DNA from: a virus
IMG/VR virus record: IMGVR_UViG_3300029319_000016
Span: 24,051 to 88,050 of that record
Strand: one strand, 5' to 3'
Length of the DNA: 64,000 bases
The first letter of the stretch is position 1, and every line of letters begins with the position of its first letter. Both the position numbers and the translations under genes were made by a program. The notes under the pieces were generated by a model. The model worked only from the letters and a program-made list of their open reading frames with translations. It was not told the origin of the DNA and searched no databases. Positions 7,824 through 17,649 of the stretch are shown piece by piece.

Positions 7824-9230
7824 CTATAAATCTAATTTTAATTTAAAAGTATATTGACGATCTTCTGTTTTTCGAACAGGGTTGGCTAAAGAAGCAACTC
7901 CAATTAAGTTTCTTTTATCATCATAGATTGCAACTTTTGAAATGTACGTTTCTCTTTTAAACTCAGGTTCGTATTGTTTTAATTCTGTGTGTGCTGTATT
8001 GTGTATGGTTTGTTGGTGTTGTTTGAAAGAACCAGGCGAAATAGAATAGTTATTAACATCAGAGGAACTGCTTAAATAAGTTGGATTGTTAGACCAATTT
8101 AATTTTCCATAATCTGCATTACACATCATCATTAAAGTTTGTTTTTGTGTTATTCCTTGATACTTTATTTCAAAAGCAACATTTTTTATTGCTGGAAAGG
8201 CAACAACATTCTTATGGAGTCCAGCACCAAAATGCATCCATTTGTTGATTCCTCCACCTGAGCCTGGTAGTGAATAGGAATCGTCTACTCCAAGTTGATA
8301 AGAACCAGTAAGTATAAAAATTCCTTCATTATATAAAACAATACCAGCTGTTGATCCACTATAATCAACAGGAGAAGATGACGTTGAATAAGTTTGCACC
8401 AATTCTCCATTGCCTTTTATGTCTTTAAGGGTGGCTATAAGCGAACCAGTAACATAATAGTTTAACTCAACAGTTCTTTTCTTAATCTTTTGCCCATAAA
8501 AAATAGACGGCACAACTATAACATTTGTCTCGGCAGTGTAAAAATCTCTTTCTGGAATTGGTGCTTGAGATGAGAAAACCATGTGTGGTGATTTGTATCG
8601 ATACCTTTCCATAGCATTTTTTAACGAATAGGCAACTTCGTATGTTATTTCATCTGTTAGAGCTAAATCTTTTCTACCAACAGTGATCCTAGAAGGTCTA
8701 TCATTAGCAATATTGTATGGATAATGATAGCGAGTGATAGAAGCACTTAGATTATAATCACCTTCTACTATGTCTCCAAAATCAAATAACGTATTATATT
8801 GTGATTTTAAATTTACTTTTAAATTATTTCTAACACCATCTTTTACAACAAAAGGTCTTATCATCGAGCCTGTAGGATCTGTTTCTGATATTCTTGTAGA
8901 ATTTATTTGAGGATGAGCATGTGGATCGTTGAGAGTGTCAGAATGTGAAGACGATGTCTCGTTAATACCGTATATAACAGAACCAGATGGTCTGTTAATA
9001 TTATATTCATACAAACTTATCCAACCAGTATTACCTCTTTGTGGGTGGTATGTATGGTAAATAGGCCAGTTACCCACCTCTCCTTGTTGGTATATACCAT
9101 GAGCAGAACCAGATAGATTAGGTCGTTGATCAATGAAAACAGTTCCACTTGTTATTAAAAAGTTGAACTCAGGATAAGATTCCAAAGTGTTTATAAAAAC
9201 ATTTTCATCTTCTAATTTAAAAATAGCCAT
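7824..9230 (-). CDS. Putative tail/baseplate structural protein (tail-collar-like C-terminus)
   Basis: C-terminus YISKVAIYDDKRNLIGVASLANPVRKT is paralogous to 9256..10356. Late motif upstream; lies in the tail block. Confidence 0.6.
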   Translation of the reverse strand: MAIFKLEDENVFINTLESYPEFNFLITSGTVFIDQRPNLSGSAHGIYQQGEVGNWPIYHTYHPQRGNTGWISLYEYNINRPSGSVIYGINETSSSHSDTLNDPHAHPQINSTRISETDPTGSMIRPFVVKDGVRNNLKVNLKSQYNTLFDFGDIVEGDYNLSASITRYHYPYNIANDRPSRITVGRKDLALTDEITYEVAYSLKNAMERYRYKSPHMVFSSQAPIPERDFYTAETNVIVVPSIFYGQKIKKRTVELNYYVTGSLIATLKDIKGNGELVQTYSTSSSPVDYSGSTAGIVLYNEGIFILTGSYQLGVDDSYSLPGSGGGINKWMHFGAGLHKNVVAFPAIKNVAFEIKYQGITQKQTLMMMCNADYGKLNWSNNPTYLSSSSDVNNYSISPGSFKQHQQTIHNTAHTELKQYEPEFKRETYISKVAIYDDKRNLIGVASLANPVRKTEDRQYTFKLKLDL

Positions 9231-9245
9231 CTTAATACCTCTAGA

Positions 9246-9255
9246 ATAAATAGTA
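9246..9255 (-). promoter_or_regulatory. Putative late promoter
   Basis: TACTATTTAT in a 25-bp intergenic gap before a GAGG RBS. Confidence 0.6.
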
Positions 9256-10356
9256 TTAGTAGTCTAATCTAACTCTCAAGGTAAATTCTTGTGATGGGGT
9301 TTTTTTCAAAGGTTCTGACAATTTTGCAACAGCCATCAACTCATTCGCAGCTGAATAAAGTCCTATTGTTGTTATGTAAGAAATAGGATCTTCTGAGGCT
9401 TTTGTTTTAATTCTTATCTTTGAGTTATTTAAATAAGTTGGATTTGCTGAATAATTAAATTCATCATGGTTAACACGACAAAAGTAAATAGAAGAGTTGA
9501 GTTCTGTTGTGTTATTGAATGAAAGATTGTACAATCTTGTTCTAAAGTTATCAACAGCTCCTGTGATTAGGGAACCTGTTAAAACAGCGTCTACATCTTC
9601 TGCTGTGCTTGAAGGCCCTTTCATTAAAACATGTCCAAAGCCATTATTGAGTAATCCACCCAAGGCAGCATCTCTAAAAATAGAAGCTGTGAGAACAGCT
9701 ATTCCTGCTTGGTAATATAGCAATCCAGCTGGGTATCTTCTATTGGCTTTTAGAATGTTGTTATGTGTAGAAGCGGTTACATACAAGACACCATACTCTC
9801 CGGCTGGGGAATTGACAAAATATCCATCAGATCCACTAAAGTCTGTAATTAAAATTCTATTTGCAAATACGGTACCGTCTTCTGCATAAGCAGGCTTAAC
9901 ACCAAGTTCTAAATTAAAAGAACCTTTCTTTATTTCATCTTTCACTAGTAACCTAGACAAAGGCATAATAAAAACGTCTTTAAGTTTACTACCACCAGCA
10001 AGTATGTTTCCATCTTCGTCAAAATCTAATACAGATCCTGTGACATCATATCCAACAAGAACTTGTGCCATTTGTCCGTAAATGTTTTTCTTCTTTTTAT
10101 ATTGTGTATAAGTTGTGTTATATAATCCAGATGAAGCAGCAATACCAACAGTTAAATCAAAAATGTGGTTTGCTGAAGAAGATAGGTATGGATAGTCGTA
10201 AACAGTTTCAAACATACCATGAGAATGAAACTTGACGTTATTATCTGAATAAGTACCAGATACTATAGTCCCTGTTAAAGGAATTGCTTCGTGTAAAAGC
10301 GTTCGTGTCGACACTATGTCGTTACCACCTAAATTTTTATATGAGCCATTTGCCAT
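9256..10356 (-). CDS. Putative tail/baseplate structural protein (tail-collar-like C-terminus)
   Basis: FNYSANPTY...YITTIGLYSAANELMAVAKLSEPLKK resembles the C-half of tail-collar fibre (P2 gpH N-domain-like) motifs. Confidence 0.6.
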   Translation of the reverse strand: MANGSYKNLGGNDIVSTRTLLHEAIPLTGTIVSGTYSDNNVKFHSHGMFETVYDYPYLSSSANHIFDLTVGIAASSGLYNTTYTQYKKKKNIYGQMAQVLVGYDVTGSVLDFDEDGNILAGGSKLKDVFIMPLSRLLVKDEIKKGSFNLELGVKPAYAEDGTVFANRILITDFSGSDGYFVNSPAGEYGVLYVTASTHNNILKANRRYPAGLLYYQAGIAVLTASIFRDAALGGLLNNGFGHVLMKGPSSTAEDVDAVLTGSLITGAVDNFRTRLYNLSFNNTTELNSSIYFCRVNHDEFNYSANPTYLNNSKIRIKTKASEDPISYITTIGLYSAANELMAVAKLSEPLKKTPSQEFTLRVRLDY

Positions 10357-10372
10357 TTTTTATCTCTCTTTT

Positions 10373-11329
10373 TTATGATTTATATTTAACAAAACGAACA
10401 GGCAAGTCTACTGTATAACCTGTTGTTATTCCTGTAACCCTTACAATACTATCAATGTGATATACCTCAGATGAACCATTACCCCTATTGTCTAGTCTTG
10501 AAGTGCTTCCAAGTTCTGTAAATAAGTAGTTACTGGTATTTAAATCCAAAGATGCTCTAATTTTAAACTCTAAAATAGTTCCTCTAGGTCCGGCAATTAC
10601 TTGACCAGATCCACTAGAACTAGCTGCATCAGTAGTATTAGAGTTGAGACTAAACATTGTGCTTTGTACATCAGTAATAGTATAGAAAGCAATGTCGTCA
10701 TCATCAACATAGTCAAAGGAAATGGCTGATCCGTTTTTATCAGCAATAGATCCAAATCTGTTGTCAATTTGTATTGTATAACCGCTTTCAAACATGTCTT
10801 CAGGCAATCTAGTCGCATAACTTAGAGCAGTAGTATCTAAGCCCTGATCAAGTCTTATCATTCCACCATCAGATAATGATGCTCCAAAAAGAATACCATT
10901 AACTAAATTACCATTGGTAAAACCAATACCTACTTGTGTAGCATCTAAAGAATTATCATCTTCTGTTATTCTATCAACAGCAACAATAAAAGAGCCACTA
11001 GAGTGCATCTTTGTTGAATTGGAGCTTTCGTTTAACTTAATAACAGGTAGGTACAATAACCCCAAGTCATCATATGTCACTAGCTTAGATTTCATAGAAA
11101 TAGCATTGTCTGTGAAGGCTTCTAAAATTGGTGTTTGTAAAATCTCCAAATCATAATAAGCAGATCCATTTGCATTTGAGCTATCATATAAAGAGTAGTC
11201 TATTTCTTCATCTCCAAGTGCGAATTTTACTATCCTAAAAGTTCCATCACCTCTAGATAAAACTTTTCTGCCGTGGTCAGTTAAAACAGCGTCTAAGATT
11301 ATATCACCCGAATTATCTAAAAAACCCAT
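10373..11329 (-). CDS. Putative tail/baseplate structural protein
   Basis: N-terminus VLTDHGRKVLSRG...IVKFALGD is similar to the N-terminus of 16543..17649 and to the tail-collar fibre N-half. Confidence 0.6.
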   Translation of the reverse strand: MGFLDNSGDIILDAVLTDHGRKVLSRGDGTFRIVKFALGDEEIDYSLYDSSNANGSAYYDLEILQTPILEAFTDNAISMKSKLVTYDDLGLLYLPVIKLNESSNSTKMHSSGSFIVAVDRITEDDNSLDATQVGIGFTNGNLVNGILFGASLSDGGMIRLDQGLDTTALSYATRLPEDMFESGYTIQIDNRFGSIADKNGSAISFDYVDDDDIAFYTITDVQSTMFSLNSNTTDAASSSGSGQVIAGPRGTILEFKIRASLDLNTSNYLFTELGSTSRLDNRGNGSSEVYHIDSIVRVTGITTGYTVDLPVRFVKYKS

Positions 11330-11350
11330 TTTTTATCTCCTAATTTGTAA

Positions 11351-11360
11351 ATAACTAGTT
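11351..11360 (-). promoter_or_regulatory. Putative late promoter variant
   Basis: AACTAGTTAT upstream of an AGGAG RBS; one change from CTATTTAT. Confidence 0.45.
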
Positions 11361-11367
11361 AATTACA

Positions 11368-13461
11368 TTAATTTTTCTTTAAAAGAAATCTTACATTTAA
11401 ATCTAATTTCCTGCCTGTATCGTTAGATACAATTCTTATTTTAAATTTTTCACCTGTTTCTTTTATGGTTCCGTTCTCATTGATAACTGTCCAAATTTTA
11501 TTTCCAACAGTATCTAGACCAAGAGTCGGTAATTCTTGATTTAAATAAGGAAACAATCCAGCAACATCAGAAACATCTCCAGTAAAAAGAGGTTGTGACA
11601 AATTTGGATTTTTATATTCCTCGGGTGTGTCATCAAAAAATATTACCTCGTCTTGATTGTATTCATCCTTATAGAAGCCAGTTGTGACATAAACACCATT
11701 ATCATCTTTAAAACCAACAGTTGAGTACATTTTATCTTCAATAATCACGGTGATAGGTTCTTTTGTGTTAATTGTTGTTTCTAGCAAATTACTTGAATCG
11801 AAAGTAGTTTGATTACTTGAAGGTATTATTTGTAACATTCTCATCATTGATTTGAAAGGTTTATATTTATCTTTAGCCAAGTTTGCAAAATTAACAATCT
11901 TCATGTTTAAAAAAACTTCATCAGCATCTTCAAACAACTCTACCTCATAAATGTCTGTTGGGTTGGATGGGTACTCATAAAAATTAATCGCCCTAAAGAC
12001 ATAGTAATATTTTTTAAAAGGAATTAGCTCATCTATATGAACCAATTGAGTTCCAACAAATGAAGTTTTAACAACAGGAGAAACATTGATATCTTGATAG
12101 TTTCCTTGAGGTTGTGAAGACATTTTATAAATTTCAAATTTTCCTTTTTGACTTTCATAAACAAAAGAAGGTTTGCTTTTCATAATGTCAAAACTGTTTT
12201 TTCTACTTAGCCACTCATCTTTTGTTTCATTATTAGTAGAACCATCTGCATTCATTTGAACAAAATCTTGAAATCCATTGTAATAGTACTTTCCATTTTC
12301 TGAATTTTTGTTTAAATTTAATAAAATTTTTATTTTATATTTGTTTAAATCATCCTTATAGGTTTCAAAACTAACATCTGGAACTGGTAAACTAGGTTGT
12401 GTAATTTTTAGCGTTTGTATAAAGATAGGCTCAGTGCTCTTAGAAATAAAAACTGAAAAGTTTTTACTAATGATTCTCCAACTGTAAATTTTATAAGTAT
12501 ATTGTTTTTCTACTTTTACTTGTGTATCATAAAAAGACCAGCTTGATGCCTCATCTGTTAAAAAAGAAGTATAAAATGTTTGTATTACATTATCATTCTG
12601 ATCGCATTTTAAAATTTCAAAAAACAAATCTTCGTCTTTTTCTGTATTGAATAGTGGGCTATTATTAGCATCAGCAATTATTGTATAAAGATCGTCTCCA
12701 TCCCATAAGTCATCACCATTCACACCTTCAGGTCTATCTTGTATTGATAAAGGACAACAAGAGTTTATGGGATTATCATAAGCATCATCAAAAGTTTCAT
12801 AAAACAAATCATCACTTGTTATTCTATTAAATGCAATGCTTTCTGATTCTACACCACTTGGCAAACCATCGAATTTTTGGTTAATTTTATCGTATTTTTC
12901 AATAATACTTTTTACAAAAAAAGGAAACACACCCCTATTCTCAGGTCTTCCAAAATTATTTATTAGTTTTTTTAAATAACCTTGACTAAGAGGTTTAACA
13001 GTACTATTGAGTGTTATTTTAACTGCTTGAGGGTGATAACCAGAAATTTCATCTGTTCCTTTCCCACCCCTAAAATACTTTTCTTGGGACATAACCGAAT
13101 CATCAAAGTAAAAAATTGATTGCATTCTTGATTGTCCATCTTCGGGTCGACTCACATAAGAGTTGTTTATAAAACTTGGTCTTTTTGATTTATCATCAGA
13201 CTCTGGTGCGAACTCTTGTGTAAAGTTTTCAATTGTATCTGGAAACGCCTCTGCGCTTGATTCTGTGGAATCAGGATCTTCTCGTGATGCTCTGTCATAT
13301 TCAACATAACCATTGACCATGTTTAATTCATTTCTTTGATTATATTCATCAGCTATGTAGTTAAAAAATGGATTTATTGAAACTGTGTATTTATATTCAT
13401 CTGAGCCCTCAGTTCCCACTAGAACTGCTTTATCCCAAATGTTATGAAGTTTGGTTGACAT
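11368..13461 (-). CDS. Hypothetical structural protein (possible Fn3-like segments)
   Basis: 697 aa. FYDTQVKVEKQYTYKI and KKYYYVFRAINFYEYPSNP resemble Fn3 strand motifs. Translationally coupled to the upstream gene (TAATG). Confidence 0.55.
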   Translation of the reverse strand: MSTKLHNIWDKAVLVGTEGSDEYKYTVSINPFFNYIADEYNQRNELNMVNGYVEYDRASREDPDSTESSAEAFPDTIENFTQEFAPESDDKSKRPSFINNSYVSRPEDGQSRMQSIFYFDDSVMSQEKYFRGGKGTDEISGYHPQAVKITLNSTVKPLSQGYLKKLINNFGRPENRGVFPFFVKSIIEKYDKINQKFDGLPSGVESESIAFNRITSDDLFYETFDDAYDNPINSCCPLSIQDRPEGVNGDDLWDGDDLYTIIADANNSPLFNTEKDEDLFFEILKCDQNDNVIQTFYTSFLTDEASSWSFYDTQVKVEKQYTYKIYSWRIISKNFSVFISKSTEPIFIQTLKITQPSLPVPDVSFETYKDDLNKYKIKILLNLNKNSENGKYYYNGFQDFVQMNADGSTNNETKDEWLSRKNSFDIMKSKPSFVYESQKGKFEIYKMSSQPQGNYQDINVSPVVKTSFVGTQLVHIDELIPFKKYYYVFRAINFYEYPSNPTDIYEVELFEDADEVFLNMKIVNFANLAKDKYKPFKSMMRMLQIIPSSNQTTFDSSNLLETTINTKEPITVIIEDKMYSTVGFKDDNGVYVTTGFYKDEYNQDEVIFFDDTPEEYKNPNLSQPLFTGDVSDVAGLFPYLNQELPTLGLDTVGNKIWTVINENGTIKETGEKFKIRIVSNDTGRKLDLNVRFLLKKN

Positions 13462-16400
13462 TAATATCCTCCCCCTCTGCTAGGCCCTCGACCTCTTGAA
13501 GGACCTCTTGAGGGTCCTCTTCTAGGTCCTTGACCTCTTGAAGGTCCTCTTCTACCCCTGTTTCTAGAGGATCTTTCTCTATTATCAGAAGGTCTATTTG
13601 TACTTCTAGCATTACTAGGAGGTGGTCTTGATGGTGGTGGAACAGATGTTGTAGTAGCTTGTTCAATCTCATTATCTTGTTTCTTGTTTTGTATTTTTGA
13701 AAAGAATGTTGATTTAATGCTGCTAACTTTTTTTGGTTTTAGTTTAGAAATATAAGCATTTTTATCTTTAATTGATTTTGGTGGCTTTGTTTTATTTAAC
13801 ATAACTTCTAAATTATTTTCAATTCTTCTATTTCTTCTATTTCTAGGATTCTTTCGTCTTCTTCTGTTTATTCTTCTGGCTCGCTTTTTTGCTACAGATG
13901 ATCTACGACTCGTTGGTCTTTTTGATAATGCTTTTAAAACCATAGGTTGTCTATAACTATTTTCTACAAAAAACAAATTTTTAGCAAATTCGTATTCATA
14001 AAAATCTTGTATGTTATAGAGACGATAAAAAGAATTAAATGCTTGCATGTTCATAGGATTCGAATCAACTCTGTTACTAGAAGTTCGGTTATAATTATTA
14101 GGATAAATTACAAAATAAGAGTTGACAACGCCATAATCTTCAAATTGATTAGATGGCGAGTTGAAACTTGGATCATAATGTTCAAACATTCTACACACTA
14201 TAGGGCTAGTTAGTTCTGCTAAAACATCAGTTGTTAAATCTTGATATTGTACATTACCAATGCCTTGCTCTGTGTCTATTGTATAATATTTTACTCGTTG
14301 TAAATTAAAAAACATTGCATCTTTAGTATATTGTTTTTCATAAAAAAACTCTTGGAGTTCTCCAACAATAGGCAATGCAACATCAGGGTTTAATAGAAAA
14401 ACATGTTGAATTGGTAACTCACTAAACTCTGATTCTGTTTTACTTTGTAAAACTGCACTGTTTCTATTTAGAATAGAAAATCTGTTGGAACCTCTAGATG
14501 CCACTAGTGCTTTTCTCATTGCCTTGGCGATAGGTACTGGTCTACTATCTTTATCTAAAGCTTTTTCTTCAGGTTCATCAAATATGTTTGTGTTCTCACC
14601 TAGCAAGTTATCTTCAAAATTATATTCTTCCCTAAATCTTTCAGCCCTAATGTTTTCTCCAAATAACGCACTAAGTTCACTTTCTCCTAGCAAAAGAGAA
14701 TCAGCAAATTTTCCTAGAGCTTCTTCGTTAATTTGTGATAAATTTTTTAAAATAAACTTGTCTCTTCCTTTTGTTATTTCGCTTGGGCTTAATGTTGCAT
14801 GTTCTACAAACCTAGTATCATCATTCGTGTTTAAAAAGTTTTCATTAGAAAATCTTCTTTTTTCATTTTCTAAAATTCTAACAAACTGTGAAACGTTAAA
14901 AAAATTAGTATACATTTCGGCGCGATTGTTACTTTTTAAATAATTTTTAAATTTTTTATTAATTTTTAAATTAACTCTATATCTTTTTCTAGATGATGGA
15001 AAACTAATTCTTGTTCTGTTTGTGTTTCTTCCATAAGAATAACTTCCTCTACCTGTAGAAAGACCATACATTCTTGACATTTTTTTAATTATTTTCATAC
15101 ATAAAAACAATAAACCGTTTAAAGATTCAAACGTACAAGTCTTGGGAGATCCCATCGCACTAAGGTTTCTTATTATTTCAACCTCATTGGCTGAGTCTTT
15201 TCCACAAACTACATGAATTCCTTCTATTAAAGTTTTAATACAAGTTGACCATGGTGCTATTTTTGTTCGCTTGTCAAAACTAGATACTATTTTATCTCTA
15301 TTATAGGTTCTTGTAGTTCTATCAAAATACTGATCGCTTAAAATAATAGAACTTATTTTTTTTAAATAAGCGGCGGTTTGAGCTTTCATTCTAGTAACCA
15401 AATCATTTAAATATCTTTTTATGGGGTTATCTGTTTGCACTCTAATTTCCAAATCTCTCATTCTTCTATTTTCAAAAACACAATCAGCAGAATAAATAAA
15501 TCTTTCGTTTGACATTTTTATGTTTTTAATTTTTGCAAATGCTGTTCTGTTGAAGTTAATTTTGTCTCCACTAGACCTAGTATAAATTATTGGTCTTCCG
15601 TTTGAAAAGACTTCTAATTTTTTTATTTGTACATCTTGGAATTTATCTAAAATTTCAGGATATATGGAATTTAGTATCAAAGCTTCTTTAGAATTTTGAA
15701 TTAAAATTTCTCTAGCATTTATTGAAAAAATAGCTCCTATTTTTCCATTTTCTAATTGAGTTGTTTCTAAAGGTGAAAAGATCTTTCTATTATCTTTTGG
15801 AATTTGTTTTATTTGTTTTTGATTAAAGAGAAACTTAAACCTATAATCTTTTGTTTTTAAGTTGTAAACATTGGTAGTATCTAAAGCACCATGGCTAATG
15901 TTATTAAAATGAAAAGAATTTTCCATGTAACCTCTACGATGCTGATGGACAGCACTTGGCCAAACTTCCTTAGTGTTTTTTTTCAAAAACAATGATGTGT
16001 TTAGAGGTATTTCATTATCTTTAAAGACCATTTCAACTATTGTTGGTCCAAATTTTTCTTTTGTATTAGATTGTTTTTTAGAAAGACAAGCAAATACAGC
16101 TAAGTGACCTTTTGTTGAAATTTTTTCAATTTTAATAAATTTATTAATTTTTTGCAAAGTGTTTAATTTCAAATATTTACCATGGTCTTCATCATTCAAT
16201 GTTATTTCTATAAACTGATTATTGGAGTTTTGTAGTAATCTTTGTAGTCTAGGTTTGGTAAAAATTATATTATTTTGTCTCAAATTCTCAGTTGTTGCAT
16301 GGTCAGTTGAAACAAAAATTTTTATTTGATTAACAGAATTTTTGTTATTAAAATAAGGTCTTCCTGAAAAATTTAAAGAATTAAAGATAGAAAAATTTAT

Positions 16401-16529
16401 TAAAAGATTAACAGTTTCTTTATCTTGTAATCTAAGTGTTTGTGTTCTTGAAGCAGGAAAGACACCTATAGAAGTAATATAGAGGTTTGGTACATTTTCT
16501 CTTCCTATAATGTTTAAATCAAAAGCCAT
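13461..16529 (-). CDS. Large hypothetical protein with Arg-rich, RGPS-repeat C-terminus
   Basis: 1022-aa ORF ending ...RGPSRGQGPRRGPSRGPSRGRGPSRGGGY. Confidence 0.7.
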   Translation of the reverse strand: MAFDLNIIGRENVPNLYITSIGVFPASRTQTLRLQDKETVNLLINFSIFNSLNFSGRPYFNNKNSVNQIKIFVSTDHATTENLRQNNIIFTKPRLQRLLQNSNNQFIEITLNDEDHGKYLKLNTLQKINKFIKIEKISTKGHLAVFACLSKKQSNTKEKFGPTIVEMVFKDNEIPLNTSLFLKKNTKEVWPSAVHQHRRGYMENSFHFNNISHGALDTTNVYNLKTKDYRFKFLFNQKQIKQIPKDNRKIFSPLETTQLENGKIGAIFSINAREILIQNSKEALILNSIYPEILDKFQDVQIKKLEVFSNGRPIIYTRSSGDKINFNRTAFAKIKNIKMSNERFIYSADCVFENRRMRDLEIRVQTDNPIKRYLNDLVTRMKAQTAAYLKKISSIILSDQYFDRTTRTYNRDKIVSSFDKRTKIAPWSTCIKTLIEGIHVVCGKDSANEVEIIRNLSAMGSPKTCTFESLNGLLFLCMKIIKKMSRMYGLSTGRGSYSYGRNTNRTRISFPSSRKRYRVNLKINKKFKNYLKSNNRAEMYTNFFNVSQFVRILENEKRRFSNENFLNTNDDTRFVEHATLSPSEITKGRDKFILKNLSQINEEALGKFADSLLLGESELSALFGENIRAERFREEYNFEDNLLGENTNIFDEPEEKALDKDSRPVPIAKAMRKALVASRGSNRFSILNRNSAVLQSKTESEFSELPIQHVFLLNPDVALPIVGELQEFFYEKQYTKDAMFFNLQRVKYYTIDTEQGIGNVQYQDLTTDVLAELTSPIVCRMFEHYDPSFNSPSNQFEDYGVVNSYFVIYPNNYNRTSSNRVDSNPMNMQAFNSFYRLYNIQDFYEYEFAKNLFFVENSYRQPMVLKALSKRPTSRRSSVAKKRARRINRRRRKNPRNRRNRRIENNLEVMLNKTKPPKSIKDKNAYISKLKPKKVSSIKSTFFSKIQNKKQDNEIEQATTTSVPPPSRPPPSNARSTNRPSDNRERSSRNRGRRGPSRGQGPRRGPSRGPSRGRGPSRGGGY
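13464..13565. repeat. Degenerate ~12-bp coding tandem repeat (RGPS units)
   Basis: Repeated ggacctcttgaa/ggtcctcttcta-like units, locally GC-richer than the flanks. Confidence 0.8.
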
Positions 16530-16542
16530 TTTTTAGTCCTTA

Positions 16543-17649
16543 TTAACATTGTTCATCTGGGTCTTCACAAGCTTCACCACTTGGTAAAATTGTCTGTACT
16601 GCTGATTCTAGATCAACATCAGGACACTTAATTTTTAAATCATCTATCAGTTTGTTTGTTGAATCTAGTTTGCTCAATACTTTACAAATATCTTTTTCTG
16701 GTATTTCTTTATCAACTCTTAAGTCAAAATAATATTCCACTGTTGATGCGTCTGGTTCTAGAGTTGTAGAAAAAGGGTTTTCAAATAAAATGTCTTTTTC
16801 AATTTTATAAGCTGATACTTCTTCTACCACTTTGTTTAAAAACTTTAATGGTTTATAAGTATTTGTAAACCCACTTTCATTTTTATCATATTTAAAAACT
16901 TGTATTTGAAATGAATCTTTTTTTATAAACCCATTTTCTTCTAAAATTAAAGATAAAATTTGATCTTCGGTTATGTTTAGATAAGTATCATCTCCATAAA
17001 CTATTATAGGTTCTAAGTTTGGACTGTAATTAGCAGTTTCAACATCTTGGTCGTAAGACTCTCCAACAATTTTTACTTGAGTTTCCCATTCTATATCAAT
17101 TTCTAATTGCGGAATGTGTATAACAGATGCTGATGGTGATGGAGCATACAAATTATTAGATGGAATAGATGAAGTATAGTTTGTAGAAATTTCTGGTTTT
17201 ATTTCAGCAGCAAACATTTTCAAGTCCCAACTTGGTGAATGCGATGATCCCACTTTTGATGACCCTAGAGTGTTTTGCAAAAACTTAGTATTCATGTCAG
17301 AAACAGGTCTATATTGGGTATCATAAACATTTTTGTAGGTTTCAGTAGTTTCAGCAGTTTCTTCTGTATTGTTTACCAATAAGATTGAAGAGTCGGCTAA
17401 TTCGGTCTCAACTGATAACATTGTATACTGAGGTTTTAAAGAGGGAGTGTTGTTTATTATTCTATCTTTTATTTCAGAATTATACTCATCGTCTAAGTCT
17501 CCGACAGTTTGCTGTTTTATGTTGTAGACAACATCATCATCTAAAAAAGAATAAAATTTAGGCATTAACTTGCCTCTGGACAGTAAATGTCTTCCATAGG
17601 GTGTAAGTTTTATATCTAAAACATCTTCTTTTTTATCAAAATAGCTCAT
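16543..17649 (-). CDS. Putative tail/baseplate structural protein
   Basis: N-terminus IKLTPYGRHLLSRG...FYSFLDDDVVY is paralogous to 10373..11329. Acidic, Cys-containing C-terminus. Confidence 0.6.
   Translation of the reverse strand: MSYFDKKEDVLDIKLTPYGRHLLSRGKLMPKFYSFLDDDVVYNIKQQTVGDLDDEYNSEIKDRIINNTPSLKPQYTMLSVETELADSSILLVNNTEETAETTETYKNVYDTQYRPVSDMNTKFLQNTLGSSKVGSSHSPSWDLKMFAAEIKPEISTNYTSSIPSNNLYAPSPSASVIHIPQLEIDIEWETQVKIVGESYDQDVETANYSPNLEPIIVYGDDTYLNITEDQILSLILEENGFIKKDSFQIQVFKYDKNESGFTNTYKPLKFLNKVVEEVSAYKIEKDILFENPFSTTLEPDASTVEYYFDLRVDKEIPEKDICKVLSKLDSTNKLIDDLKIKCPDVDLESAVQTILPSGEACEDPDEQC

Noticed and set aside
13442-13672. 76-aa acidic repeat ORF (EEDLQEV...)
   Set aside because: Alternative-frame reading of the RGPS repeat; no independent start signals.
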